Assembly (NCBI GenBank): GCA_032718475.1
Contig: JAUCBJ010000144.1
Coordinates: 1-64,000, forward strand
Length of the DNA stretch: 64,000 nucleotides
Reading direction: 5' to 3'
Source of the DNA: Nemertoderma westbladi
Taxonomy: Eukaryota > Animalia > Xenacoelomorpha
The notes below the pieces were generated by a model that worked only from the letters and a program-made list of their open reading frames with translations, was not told the origin of the DNA and ran no database searches. The translations under genes were made by a program, and so were the position numbers. Numbering within the stretch: position 1 is the stretch's first letter; every line of letters begins with the position of its first letter. Of this stretch, positions 51,051 through 61,586 are shown piece after piece.

Positions 51051-53177
51051 TTAGTCTTTCTTGCGCGGACGGCGTTTACGCAGTTTTTTGAAGCTAGCAA
51101 GAGTCCTTTTCTCTTTGGGGCGAGCCACTTTACTAGGAGGGCTATAACTCCTGGGTGAAGGGTGCAATATGATTGCATCAGAAGGTATGGGATTGCGATC
51201 GGTATATCCGCCGGTCGAAGTACCGGGTTGATTGACATCAACGTCAGGGGAGAGGGGTCTAACGGCTTTGAGAGCTCGTTTCAAGACAGCCGCTCTTACG
51301 GGTCCTTTACGAGTGGTCTGAACGAGGGCCGTGGGTGGACCATAGGCAGTTAGAAACTTCCTTGGTTTAATGGTTCTTTCTAACTCGCGTTCGCGGGCTC
51401 GATACTCGTAAGGCCGTCGATATACTTCTTGTAACTCAGGGTGTGAGTTGACGAATAAGTCTCCATAGGCAGGGTCTTGACGGATAAAGTTTATTAAGTT
51501 GTAAGACTGGATGTCACTCGGATTAATGCTCCTGAGGAATTTGCGTACATATTTGGTTGAAATACATTCTCCAACGCGTTTCAATAGTTCATAACTTGAT
51601 AGGCGCGATTTCTGCTCGACGGAGGCAAACAAATATGGATGGAACGCATAAACTCCTTCGTAGGCGCGTCCAGGATAATAGCGATGGCGTGAATCACAAT
51701 GTAAATCAGCGTTCGCTTCCCAAGCTCTGATATAACGTAGTACAATCATTTCATCTACGCTCTCTAAATCATGGTTGAAGGGACAATCAAAGCTGGCGTG
51801 TCCTTTTAATTGACAATGATGGCATTGAGTCATAAATTGGGGGCAGACGGCAAAAATGTGCAAATTATTAAGCCGACAATATGCACAATAGATTTCCATC
51901 GACGGTTGCTCGTGGAAATAGGAACAAAGATCGTTGGTGTCCATGGACGTAATATGGTCTCTCGATGCGCACAGCCGACAACGTTGTCGAGAAACATAAT
52001 TGGCATGGCGATAATCATACGCAGTAAGACACTGTGGACCTTGATACCATTCCAATATATAGTCGCTATCGCTACTCCGAGCCGTGGGGGGCTGAATCTC
52101 TTCCGATTCTAAACATATGGGTTCGTCTTCCCCTTGTATAGTTGAGGTAGGTATGGCCGTCTCCTCAAGTGGACCTACCGTCTGAATTTCCACGACAGAA
52201 TAACCGGTGGGGATCCGAGGTCTTTGGATAACCGAGGAGTGCAGGTTTATCACACAAATGTCTCGGAAAATAGCGAATCCAGCGCTATCCAACTTCTCCG
52301 CAGCTGAGTCTCTTAAGCTGAGCTTGGTCAAAGCGCGGTCTTTGAATTGGCTATCCACGTTGCGAAACGGGGTTAAAAACCGTCGGAAACATTCAAAGCG
52401 GATGAATTTATTATGTTCATCTAGCTTAGCGAGTTTGGTCCCAAGGATTAATGGATGGGCGCGTATAGTACGACTGCACACATCGGCTAGCCAACCGGAA
52501 AGTGCGGTGTTTTCGAAGATTGTGTAGATAGCTAAGGAGGGACGGAGTGGAACACTCATGAAGCTATACACGGCGCCAGGTGCGGTCAACGGTCCGTCAA
52601 AGTATAATCGAGAATAATGGTCTCCGTATACTTGTTGATAGTTGATGGGATTTCCGACCTTGAAATTCCACCCGTATTCCTGAAAGGCAAGATGTCCGAT
52701 GGAAGTTCGTTGCACCTTTGTAATGTTGCTAGACACATTAGCATACATGGTGCGAAAGAAACCTCGGCCTTCGGCCCAAGGCGCTATCAGCTGAGTATCC
52801 ACGAAAGGATAGGGGATATTCTCCATATTCCGAAAGTCGTTTTGGAGATCTCCATAAACAGCTGAGCCGATTTTAACGATTCTTTCGTTGAATAACATCT
52901 CGAGAACGGGTTGGGGTAACATCGATCCATCGATACCCATGGCCGGTTTGCGTTCGGTGTCAATGACGTAACGCTGCGCGAGTTCGAATTGTCCATGTCG
53001 GAGATTCTTTTGCGTTTCGGTGAGAGTTTCGAAGGAATAATCGATCGCGTCGGAACACGCTCGCGTAAACACGTGAGTGGAGCCAGCTAATCCGCGTATC
53101 AAGCTATCCACAAACGCTTGTAAAGGTAGAGTATATCGCTCTCTAATACCAAGGTCATCTTCTATCAATTCCGTCAT
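51051..53177 (-). CDS. LTR-element ORF2 (708 aa): DEDDy 3'-5' exonuclease-like N-terminal domain, three CCHC-like zinc knuckles, basic tail
   Basis: VIDTE (Exo I), LPQPVLEMLFNERIVKIGSAVYGD (Exo II), PLT...VYSFMS (Exo III-like); CRLC..H..C, CAYC..H..C, CHHCQLKGHASFDC. The ORF is certain; the domain call is from motif recognition only. Confidence 0.65.
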   Translation of the reverse strand: MTELIEDDLGIRERYTLPLQAFVDSLIRGLAGSTHVFTRACSDAIDYSFETLTETQKNLRHGQFELAQRYVIDTERKPAMGIDGSMLPQPVLEMLFNERIVKIGSAVYGDLQNDFRNMENIPYPFVDTQLIAPWAEGRGFFRTMYANVSSNITKVQRTSIGHLAFQEYGWNFKVGNPINYQQVYGDHYSRLYFDGPLTAPGAVYSFMSVPLRPSLAIYTIFENTALSGWLADVCSRTIRAHPLILGTKLAKLDEHNKFIRFECFRRFLTPFRNVDSQFKDRALTKLSLRDSAAEKLDSAGFAIFRDICVINLHSSVIQRPRIPTGYSVVEIQTVGPLEETAIPTSTIQGEDEPICLESEEIQPPTARSSDSDYILEWYQGPQCLTAYDYRHANYVSRQRCRLCASRDHITSMDTNDLCSYFHEQPSMEIYCAYCRLNNLHIFAVCPQFMTQCHHCQLKGHASFDCPFNHDLESVDEMIVLRYIRAWEANADLHCDSRHRYYPGRAYEGVYAFHPYLFASVEQKSRLSSYELLKRVGECISTKYVRKFLRSINPSDIQSYNLINFIRQDPAYGDLFVNSHPELQEVYRRPYEYRARERELERTIKPRKFLTAYGPPTALVQTTRKGPVRAAVLKRALKAVRPLSPDVDVNQPGTSTGGYTDRNPIPSDAIILHPSPRSYSPPSKVARPKEKRTLASFKKLRKRRPRKKD

Positions 53178-53220
53178 ATCTGCTATCTGAGTTTGTTAAT
53201 ATCAATATAAGTTAATATTT

Positions 53221-53376
53221 TAGGCAAGCGGGCGTCGCTGCCTACTCGGCTTTTTGCCCCCGGACAGTGGGTTTCTCAGCGCCGATGTACCGTTGTCGCG
53301 GTGTTTACGCCAACATGTAGCAACAGCACGACAACGATAACCGGCACAAGTCCCACCACTGTCCGTCCCAAAAGCT
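53221..53376 (-). other. Structured RNA element (long hairpin plus small hairpin) just 5' of ORF2
   Basis: Nested complementary arms GGACAGTGG/CCACTGTCC and TATCGTTGTCGTG/CGCGACAACGGTA, whose mismatches are G-U pairs only on the minus strand. Confidence 0.7.
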
Positions 53377-54796
53377 TGAATCCACTTGAGGTTATCTCGG
53401 TAGAGTTAGGGCTACTTTACAATTGCGATTAGCTACTGTAAACACACTTTAGTAGTAACATTCACCTATAAACGCACAAATTCCATACAATCGTTACTTA
53501 CTGCACACATGCATGCCATTTGTCCGTTAGTCAGTGTCTTCCAGAATGTCACGTTATTACTATGTATCCTTGGATACCAATAGTGCGCTATGTATACTCT
53601 TATGCTACGCAATGGGGCAAGCTTTTTATTGTTCCTTTTAACTTGCTTCTAATTCTAGCGTGGGTGTTGCCATGGTGACATTATGGAAAACTAGCGGTAG
53701 AATTAGGGCAATTCTCATGCATACAGATCTGGGATGTTATTTAATAGTAATTCTTTAATTGTCAATATCCTCTTTATGCATGATTTTATAAATTTTATCG
53801 GCTATTGACTATATGTTGGAGATTCTCGCGCTCTAGTACACTCAATATGAATCTCCGCTCCCATGATCTATTAATTACTGGAATTTTGGGAATGTTATAA
53901 ATTGCACAAAATGACAATTTATGAAATTCATTCGAATATGAATTTAAATTTATTCCCGTGAATTTTATTATTTGATGTTAAAATTGACACAATTTGATTC
54001 CAGAGCAGGTCTGGGGACATAGGATCCTTAATTCTATGAAAATTGTCTTTTAAGAGTATCGGTAAGTGCTACGATATCTTAATCGACTAGAATTGTTAAC
54101 GGATCTGAATTTTACAGATTTTAATAAATATTAAATTAATATTTAGGATGGGCACCGATTTATTCCAGAACTTGTCTGGGGACGTTAACCACTGATTCTA
54201 GAATTTGTCTTTCAAGTATATCGGTGGGTGCCACGATATCTTAATCGACTAGAATTACAGATGGTCAAAAGTTTAACAGATTTATTTGCGATTTACGCTA
54301 CTGTTAGAGGGACATCACGCTACTATATGTATTATTTGTTATAAGGTAGAAGAGCAATATCGCACGAAGCAATGTCAGTGTGAAGAGGCAAGTCGTTTCC
54401 AAGGTCTACCCAGAGCTTGGTTTAGCCGAGACACGAGGATCTGAACTTTGCATTCCTAATACTCTGCCTACCAATAATACTTAAATATAGTAGTGGCTTT
54501 ATTGTACTTTAAGAAGTACTGACATGTCATCTTACTATAGTCTCGCATTTATAATATAATACGGACAGTAAGGAAAGAGAAAAGAATTATTTCTCGCCGT
54601 CGCACTAGATATATTATGTAATTACGTAATAAACACTAATATATTGCACTAATCTACTAAATAATCTAAATAACATTCCACTAAATAAAATTAAATAAAA
54701 CGATTATAATAAAGTACATAATAATCCATACCTAAATATAAAATAATAATAAAAAAAATATAAAATAATATAGTCACACACCCACTCCATATATAA

Positions 54797-57700
54797 TTAC
54801 GTTATGGAGTCCCTAGATCTTTGTCGAATTAGGGAAGTGGTCGTAGGAAGAGTATCCTGCCTTCCATGGTTTCCGGACAGTTTTCGGTCTCTTTCCAGTA
54901 AACCTAAGCGACCAGCTGGGCGATTAGGCTGTCGTGTTACTTCCTCCGCTCCCTTGGCCTGTCTAATCTCCTCAGTGGTAAGATGAGGAGGCCATTCATC
55001 TTCTTCTTTACTTAGGGAGTCGGGTCCACCTAACCAGCCGGGAGTATCTATCCTTTCTTGAGGAGTTGCTCTTCTGGAATCGATGTCGGCTGGATTAATC
55101 GTCCCAAGGCAATGTCTCCATTGATCTACATTGGAGTTAATATCGTCATTATCTGAGGAGTATGGTGTTCCCTCAGTTGGATCGTCCACATCACTGCTCT
55201 CCACTTCCCCCTTTACTTGGTATACCTGTTGTTGAGGTAATCTCTCTTTGAGAGTTCTACGGGAAGGGCCAGTGAAGTACCAACCTACTCTAGTTCTTAC
55301 CGCATAAGTTTGTAATGGCTGCGGTTGAGCAGGCCGTTTCTCTAATGGCTCGAGCGCCTCATGCGCGTTTTGGCCGATGAGTATTTGCACTCCAGGATAA
55401 TCGGTTTGGAATCGAGGTATCTCAAGATGTTGGATGCACTCGTCCTCGTCCCAGTTATAAGGTTCTGCTTGAGTAGTAGCAAAGTTCTTTATAGCCACCA
55501 TTTTTACTGACCTTATACCTTGTGTTCCTAACTTATCCTGGGGGGTGGACAACACACCTACATAGTAATCTGCCGTTAGGGTAGATTTCCAAACCTGCAT
55601 AATTCCTGACATATTCAATTTAGTCCGGAACTTGGGTTGTCCAGCAAAGATATCTTCGGCTAGTTCTTGATCGATGAATGTTCCTGTGCTGCCGGAGTCA
55701 AGTAGGGCGTTCACTATGTAACTCTTGTTGGGACCATGAACTCGAACTTGCACTACAGGAAATTCTCTTATTCCTATGTTGGAAGTTGGAACTTTCCAAG
55801 ATGGTTGTTTGTCAAAAGGAGTTGGAGTAAACTCGTCAGTGTCCTTTTCATCCGTAAGTGCTCGATACACTGTGGTATTTATTAGATAACAGGATTCGTT
55901 GGCATCGGAGAATTCGTCTGTATAGAATCCTTCCCACTCAGAACCTTGGTCAGTGTCGTTCACATCACTGAATTGGACATGTAGTTCGGGCTCACTTACC
56001 TGACTCGGGTTGTCTCGTTCGAACTCACTGTGTAACAAAATGTGATGTTTCGCGCCACACTTTGCACACTTTGCGTCAGAGTAACAGGTTCGCCGTTGGT
56101 GTCCTGATCTGAGGCAATTATAGCATAACCGCTTATTCCACAGGACTGTACGTCTGTCTACAGGGGATTTCTTTAGAAATTCAGCACACGCACTCAAACG
56201 GTGAGGCCCGTCGCACAGCGCACATTTTGGTTTGATGTTACTCACCTTAACTTGGTTAACGTTATGCACTCTCGTTCTTTCTTCGGGCTTTCTTCCGTGA
56301 ATTCTCTTAGGAGACGTAGGAGGAGTTGTTGTTACCTGTTCTCTCCTGTCACTGGTTCGAGACTTGTATTTACTTACGTCTTTATAGGTCTTGTTGTCAT
56401 AGTAAGATTTTGCTGTGTCTTTCCCGCTGTCCTCTTCTTGAGAAGCTTGGCTTTCGCCGTCGTCAGTATAACACACTGGTATTATCCTTCTCCTAGAATC
56501 GGGTTTCTCACTTACCTTATTTTCCGATGTTTTCTCTCTGGCCTGCCTTATGAGTTGTAATTTTACTTCACTATCTAAGAAAGACATGAGATCAGCCATG
56601 GTTGGACTTCGTCGTTGTTGTTCATTCATGTACAACACTTTCTTGTCCCAGCGTGTACATACTCCACCCTTTGGTAAAGTAGAGACTACGGCTCCAATAA
56701 CCATGGAACTCTGGTATTCGTGCGACTTACCTAACCAGTCCAGTTGTCTACAGATCTCTTGAATTTCATCGGAAAACTCTATAATCCCACTACTAAGGAA
56801 GTGTCGGGGGGCTACTAATTTTGTATACAAATACTTAGCTATGTTATCTTTGTTACCATACCTGATGTTTAATGTATCCCAAACTTGTTTTAATCCATCT
56901 GGATGTCCAATAAACTTTAACGCCATTAACTTGGGAGGTCCTTCCAAACACTTGATGAGGAATCTAAGTTTCTCTCCGTTGGATAGTACAGAATTCTGTA
57001 TGCTATCTTTGTAATATTCGTTGAAAGGTAACCATTTCATCTCATCTCCATTGAATTTGACGATCTCTCCCACTTTGACCGCTTGGCGGGCTTCTGTTCT
57101 AGCCATCTGACGCGTAAAGCTTTCTTGGGCCATCGTGTTATTTAATATCGAATTATCGGTATATAAATTTCTCGGATCATTATCAGATCTATAGGGAATA
57201 TCATTAATAACAAGTCTATAATCACCCTTAATAGGGTTTGCTATAGGAGTTTCAACTTCACTAGCAGTATAGATGCGTGTAGGCTCTACACCTTGCGCAT
57301 GTAATACTTCAGACCTAACGGGTTGACACAATGTTACAGGGGGCATTGGTATGCCTTTTTGTATATTGACTAATTTGTCGCGTTCTAGCGCGATACTTTG
57401 CTGCACTTCTTGCAACTCTGCTCTACTTTCCCTCACCGTTCCCTTAAGTTGGTGGACAGTCTCCTGCATCTGTCCTAACAGGAGATTCATCCCCCGCCGT
57501 CCCTCTTCCACCCACTCAACCGCCGAAGCGGGAGTCGCCAACATAGTAGCGGGCTGACGCGGGACGACGGGAGACAAATTATTGATTTCTCTCTCTGCTA
57601 TCTGGACAGGGGTATTTGCATGGACTGTTCCACCGGGTACAGGCAGTGTAGTACTATGTAAAGGGAATTTAGAGTTAAGCTCTGGAAGTGTAGGGGTCTC

Positions 57701-59446
57701 TAGCACAGAAGTGACTTTGGGAACTACAGGCCTAATTATTTCAGGTTCATCGACTATAGTAGGGAGTCTTTTGACCTGGATAAATTGTTCTATGGGTTCT
57801 GCACTACCTAAATCTGTGCTAGTTAGCTGTCTTTTAACAGCTGGGGGCAAATCAGGCAATTTGCGACGGTAATATGTTTTTCTACGCCTACTTAGATGAG
57901 ATCTATTTCCTCCGCTGTCAGGATCGGTAGTATCGCCTTCCTCCGAGGATGTGTATCCTTGACGCTTGGGAGTAGATTTTCTCATCATCTGCATTTGATT
58001 AGCAGTAAACTGTTTATTTATACTGTCTTGCGTCTCTTGCAGCTTTTCCAACTCCAATTGGATAGTCGCCTCAGACGCTCTCCGTTCTGCTTCTGCCACT
58101 GTTGCCTTTCTTTCGGCTTCCGCCGTTTTTCTTTCTTCTTCTGCTTCTGCCGCTTTTGCCTTTCTTTCGGCTTCCGCCGCTTTTCTTTCTTCTTCTGCTT
58201 CTGCCGCTTTTGCCTTTCTTTCGGCTTCTGCTTCTTTTCTTTCTGCTTCTGCTTCCGCCGCCGCTGCTGCTGCTACCTTTCTTCTCTCTATCAGTTCTTT
58301 CTTTACTTGTTCTTCTCGGACTCTAATGAGGCGGAGTTTTTCATCACATTCAGCTTGGTTTGCAGCTAACATTTCGGCATCGATTGAGTCCAATATAAGC
58401 TTGGTTCCTTCACTATTAGGGGAAAGTCCATGCAGCCGTCTCCTCAACTCTTCGTCTCCTAGGAATCGCTGATAGTCGGACAAATAAATGTCGATAGCGT
58501 CTCTAGTTCGCGGTTTCTCGGCGGCCTCTTCGCTTTCTGCTTGAGAAAGGGTGACATCAATTTGTTCTTCACAAGTTGATCTCTCAGCCAGCTGGGATTT
58601 CCACGTGGCCGTTTCCTGTACTTTGAGATCTACCCGATGTAGCCAAGTTTTGACAGCAACCTGCAGCGACGTGTCCTGTCTTCTTTTGGAAGTTTCCTCA
58701 AAGGCTGAGAGGATTAGTCGAATGCGTAGGGTTCTTTCACGTACTTGGTATAGCAGCTCTTCCTGCTCTTGAGGTCCTTGAAGTTGTCGAAACAGTTGTT
58801 CTTCCAAGCGCTCCAAGGAGCCGAAGAATCCCTGCACATATCCTGCTGCCGACCTCTTCCAAACAGCTGGATCCATTGTATCTTTTGCCACTCCCATCCT
58901 GTGTATATCTTCCCAAGTAGCCTCGGACATATCAAACGGAAGTCCGAGTCCGGGAAAGTTCCATTGTGATTCAACAATAGATATCAATTCTTCCCTGGCG
59001 TATCCCGCGTAATTATCTTGGGTCGCTCGCTTATTCTTCGCCCAGTCGGCTTGATGTTCCTCCACCGCAATGAATATCGTAGTTAGCACTGCAGCGGGAA
59101 GGGTAAGAAGGGGGTCCGAGTAGACTGTAGCAGCCATCTGCACTCCATGTTCGGGAGTCAGCTCTACAGTATCCGAACTGCTGGAGCTATCGGGTCGCTG
59201 GGAAGTAGGTTCTTGACCAAGATGTTGCTGCGATAAGACAACTGCCTCTTCCCGTTTTACCTGTGCCCGAGTGCCTATGATGGACCTATGGTGGACTAGC
59301 CTAGGGTCTGATACTACTGGAGGGATGACCTTTTTTACAGTAGGAGGTGAGCCGAACTTCTCTCTTATTCGCTCTACACTCCTATCTGAATCACAGATAG
59401 TGGTCTCGATCAGACTGTCCGACAGGTTTTTCTGAGTGTCAGACAT
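54797..59446 (-). CDS. BEL/Pao Gag-protease polyprotein (1549 aa) with vestigial pol tail; no RT or integrase core
   Basis: Capsid-like KFNGDEMKWLPF...KLRFLIKCLEG; triple knuckle CALC..H..C / CYNC..GH..C / CAKCGAKHHILLH; protease ALLDSGS; AVRTRVGWYFTGP. Confidence 0.93.
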   Translation of the reverse strand: MSDTQKNLSDSLIETTICDSDRSVERIREKFGSPPTVKKVIPPVVSDPRLVHHRSIIGTRAQVKREEAVVLSQQHLGQEPTSQRPDSSSSSDTVELTPEHGVQMAATVYSDPLLTLPAAVLTTIFIAVEEHQADWAKNKRATQDNYAGYAREELISIVESQWNFPGLGLPFDMSEATWEDIHRMGVAKDTMDPAVWKRSAAGYVQGFFGSLERLEEQLFRQLQGPQEQEELLYQVRERTLRIRLILSAFEETSKRRQDTSLQVAVKTWLHRVDLKVQETATWKSQLAERSTCEEQIDVTLSQAESEEAAEKPRTRDAIDIYLSDYQRFLGDEELRRRLHGLSPNSEGTKLILDSIDAEMLAANQAECDEKLRLIRVREEQVKKELIERRKVAAAAAAEAEAERKEAEAERKAKAAEAEEERKAAEAERKAKAAEAEEERKTAEAERKATVAEAERRASEATIQLELEKLQETQDSINKQFTANQMQMMRKSTPKRQGYTSSEEGDTTDPDSGGNRSHLSRRRKTYYRRKLPDLPPAVKRQLTSTDLGSAEPIEQFIQVKRLPTIVDEPEIIRPVVPKVTSVLETPTLPELNSKFPLHSTTLPVPGGTVHANTPVQIAEREINNLSPVVPRQPATMLATPASAVEWVEEGRRGMNLLLGQMQETVHQLKGTVRESRAELQEVQQSIALERDKLVNIQKGIPMPPVTLCQPVRSEVLHAQGVEPTRIYTASEVETPIANPIKGDYRLVINDIPYRSDNDPRNLYTDNSILNNTMAQESFTRQMARTEARQAVKVGEIVKFNGDEMKWLPFNEYYKDSIQNSVLSNGEKLRFLIKCLEGPPKLMALKFIGHPDGLKQVWDTLNIRYGNKDNIAKYLYTKLVAPRHFLSSGIIEFSDEIQEICRQLDWLGKSHEYQSSMVIGAVVSTLPKGGVCTRWDKKVLYMNEQQRRSPTMADLMSFLDSEVKLQLIRQAREKTSENKVSEKPDSRRRIIPVCYTDDGESQASQEEDSGKDTAKSYYDNKTYKDVSKYKSRTSDRREQVTTTPPTSPKRIHGRKPEERTRVHNVNQVKVSNIKPKCALCDGPHRLSACAEFLKKSPVDRRTVLWNKRLCYNCLRSGHQRRTCYSDAKCAKCGAKHHILLHSEFERDNPSQVSEPELHVQFSDVNDTDQGSEWEGFYTDEFSDANESCYLINTTVYRALTDEKDTDEFTPTPFDKQPSWKVPTSNIGIREFPVVQVRVHGPNKSYIVNALLDSGSTGTFIDQELAEDIFAGQPKFRTKLNMSGIMQVWKSTLTADYYVGVLSTPQDKLGTQGIRSVKMVAIKNFATTQAEPYNWDEDECIQHLEIPRFQTDYPGVQILIGQNAHEALEPLEKRPAQPQPLQTYAVRTRVGWYFTGPSRRTLKERLPQQQVYQVKGEVESSDVDDPTEGTPYSSDNDDINSNVDQWRHCLGTINPADIDSRRATPQERIDTPGWLGGPDSLSKEEDEWPPHLTTEEIRQAKGAEEVTRQPNRPAGRLGLLERDRKLSGNHGRQDTLPTTTSLIRQRSRDSIT

Positions 59447-61574
59447 GTTTAGTTATATAGTTGAATGCCTACTACTATAGTTTCAGTTAAAGCAAGTCTG
59501 GTAATTCAGTATGACCGCAAGCCTAGCGATTTATTACCGGTACCGTTACTCAGTGGAACGTGATATATATACAATATATTAGAATACCGGTATGCTTATA
59601 ATATATAAGTGTTATTACAGACTAGATGTGTCACAGAGTACCGGTATAATTTTAGCACAAATATAGAAATAAATATAATAAGCCTATGGTAAGTACCGGT
59701 ATGTCAATTATTTTTAGAATAATTGAATTTCTGAATATTTTGGGGTTACTTCGTTACTTTAACTTACTTTATTACCGTTATTTAAGCAGTAGTCCAACTG
59801 ACAGTGAGACCTAGTTGTTGTATGGCAGGCCTACTATTTATAAATCGTTTGAGTTGATTTATAATATTTATATACCCGTTATATGGGTTTTTGTCAATAT
59901 TTGAAATAAATGTTATTATTTCTGGGGGAGTCACTACACAGAAGCTGAACGCCTCTCAGTGAAGTGCTATTTATTTGACACTAAAACTGATAATTCTAAT
60001 TTACCTAAGTTACTTAATACTACAAATTACTTACGATACGGGTGAGATTAATTCTCTAATTAAACACAACAAAATATTACGTACGAAATTTTTAGGGTAA
60101 TTTTACAGGAAGTCTACAAACCAGTCCAACAAAGGGTTAGATTTCTGGCTATTACAAAGGACAGGGTACTACGGTATTTAAATAATAAGTAGTAGTAAAT
60201 ATATTGTACTGTCCAGATAGGAAAATACCACCGCCTGACGACCTATAACCGTATCGCTATAGGTACTACGTTATGTATCACGGATTGTTCCTACCCAGAA
60301 GCTAATAGAGCTAACGAATGTGCCTATCAACCACTTTACAACACAAATATACTGCCTACACTAATTACTTCGGAAGGCACTGTACACTAAACCCTAAATT
60401 AGGTACAAGTACCGGTATAACAAATAATCAGTAGTTAAATATACTTGAACAGTTAAAAGAACCACGGCATCTGCTGGAGTGACCGAAGCACAAAGTCGTC
60501 AGTCTTTACCTACGCCAAGCAGCCCTGATGTAGTACCGGGGTTAGTTTAACTATAACGGTATGTATAACAAGCACAATTACTGTAGGAATAAACTTGGGG
60601 ACATGAATGTTGCGAATAATCGCATAAACTCTGAATAATAAATATTACGCTACCCGTACAGAATACTCAAACAAATACAAACCAAACGCTGGCAGACTAC
60701 TATTAAGCCTAAACAAACTACTGTATGTGCAGATTCTGAAACTGTTAGTTAGTATGCGTTCTAACACGGTAGTACGACTTACTCTTTAAGAGGGGATTGA
60801 CCTTACCGCTTATGGCTGCCCCAACTTACTAACGGCACTTGATCAGACCAACTCTACACACGCAGCAATCCCTTCAGACCTAAAAATAGCTAGACAACAA
60901 TCCAGCCTACAAATATTTGAGTAATAACTATTACGGTACCTGAACAGACCACACAAACAAGCACAGGCTAAAACACTGGCAGACTACGATCAAGCCTAGA
61001 TAAACTACAGTATATGCAGACTCTGAAACTGTTAGTTAGTATGCGTTCTATCACGGTAGTACGACTTACTCTTTAAGAGGGGATTGACCTTACCGCTTAT
61101 GGCTGCCCCAACTTACTAACGGCACTTTATCAGACAAACTCTACACACGCCGTAATCTCTCCAAACCCAACCACAGTCAGACAGCAGCTCAGCCTACAAT
61201 TATCTGAACAATCTGAGCAGACTTACACGTCTTCAGCTCAATATTAACTTACTAGGAAATAAAACTGACAGAAATAAGTAAGCTCCAAAAGAAACAAGGG
61301 GTGTACAGTCCCTAATCTCTTAAACAGCCTACCGGTATACAATAATCAAAATCGAATAATACTAAATGTACTTGTACAGCAGTACCGGTACCGGTGATGA
61401 CAGTTAGGCCTACTGACCTACAAAGTACCGGTTCAGTTTTACCGGTCACTACGGTATTTTGCAACCTTATTGCCTACTGCAATAAGATTATAAACTGTTA
61501 CTGTTCGACAGAACAGTATTAAGCTGTATTTAATGCCTACACTTGCAACCTTATTGCCTACTGCAATAAGATTA

Positions 61575-61586
61575 ATAAACTGTTAC
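61575..61586 (-). other. Non-tRNA primer-binding site (GTAACAGTTTAT), putative self-priming
   Basis: Abuts the 5' LTR CA end; exact reverse complement of minus-strand LTR 62326-62337. Confidence 0.75.

Noticed and set aside
50762-51054. Short ORFs in the LTR (also 62606-62866)
   Set aside because: Small, non-ATG or running out of the LTR into different flanks; no coding signal.
51051-53177. ORF2 as an envelope glycoprotein
   Set aside because: No signal peptide, fusion peptide or transmembrane anchor; it has zinc knuckles and a basic tail instead.
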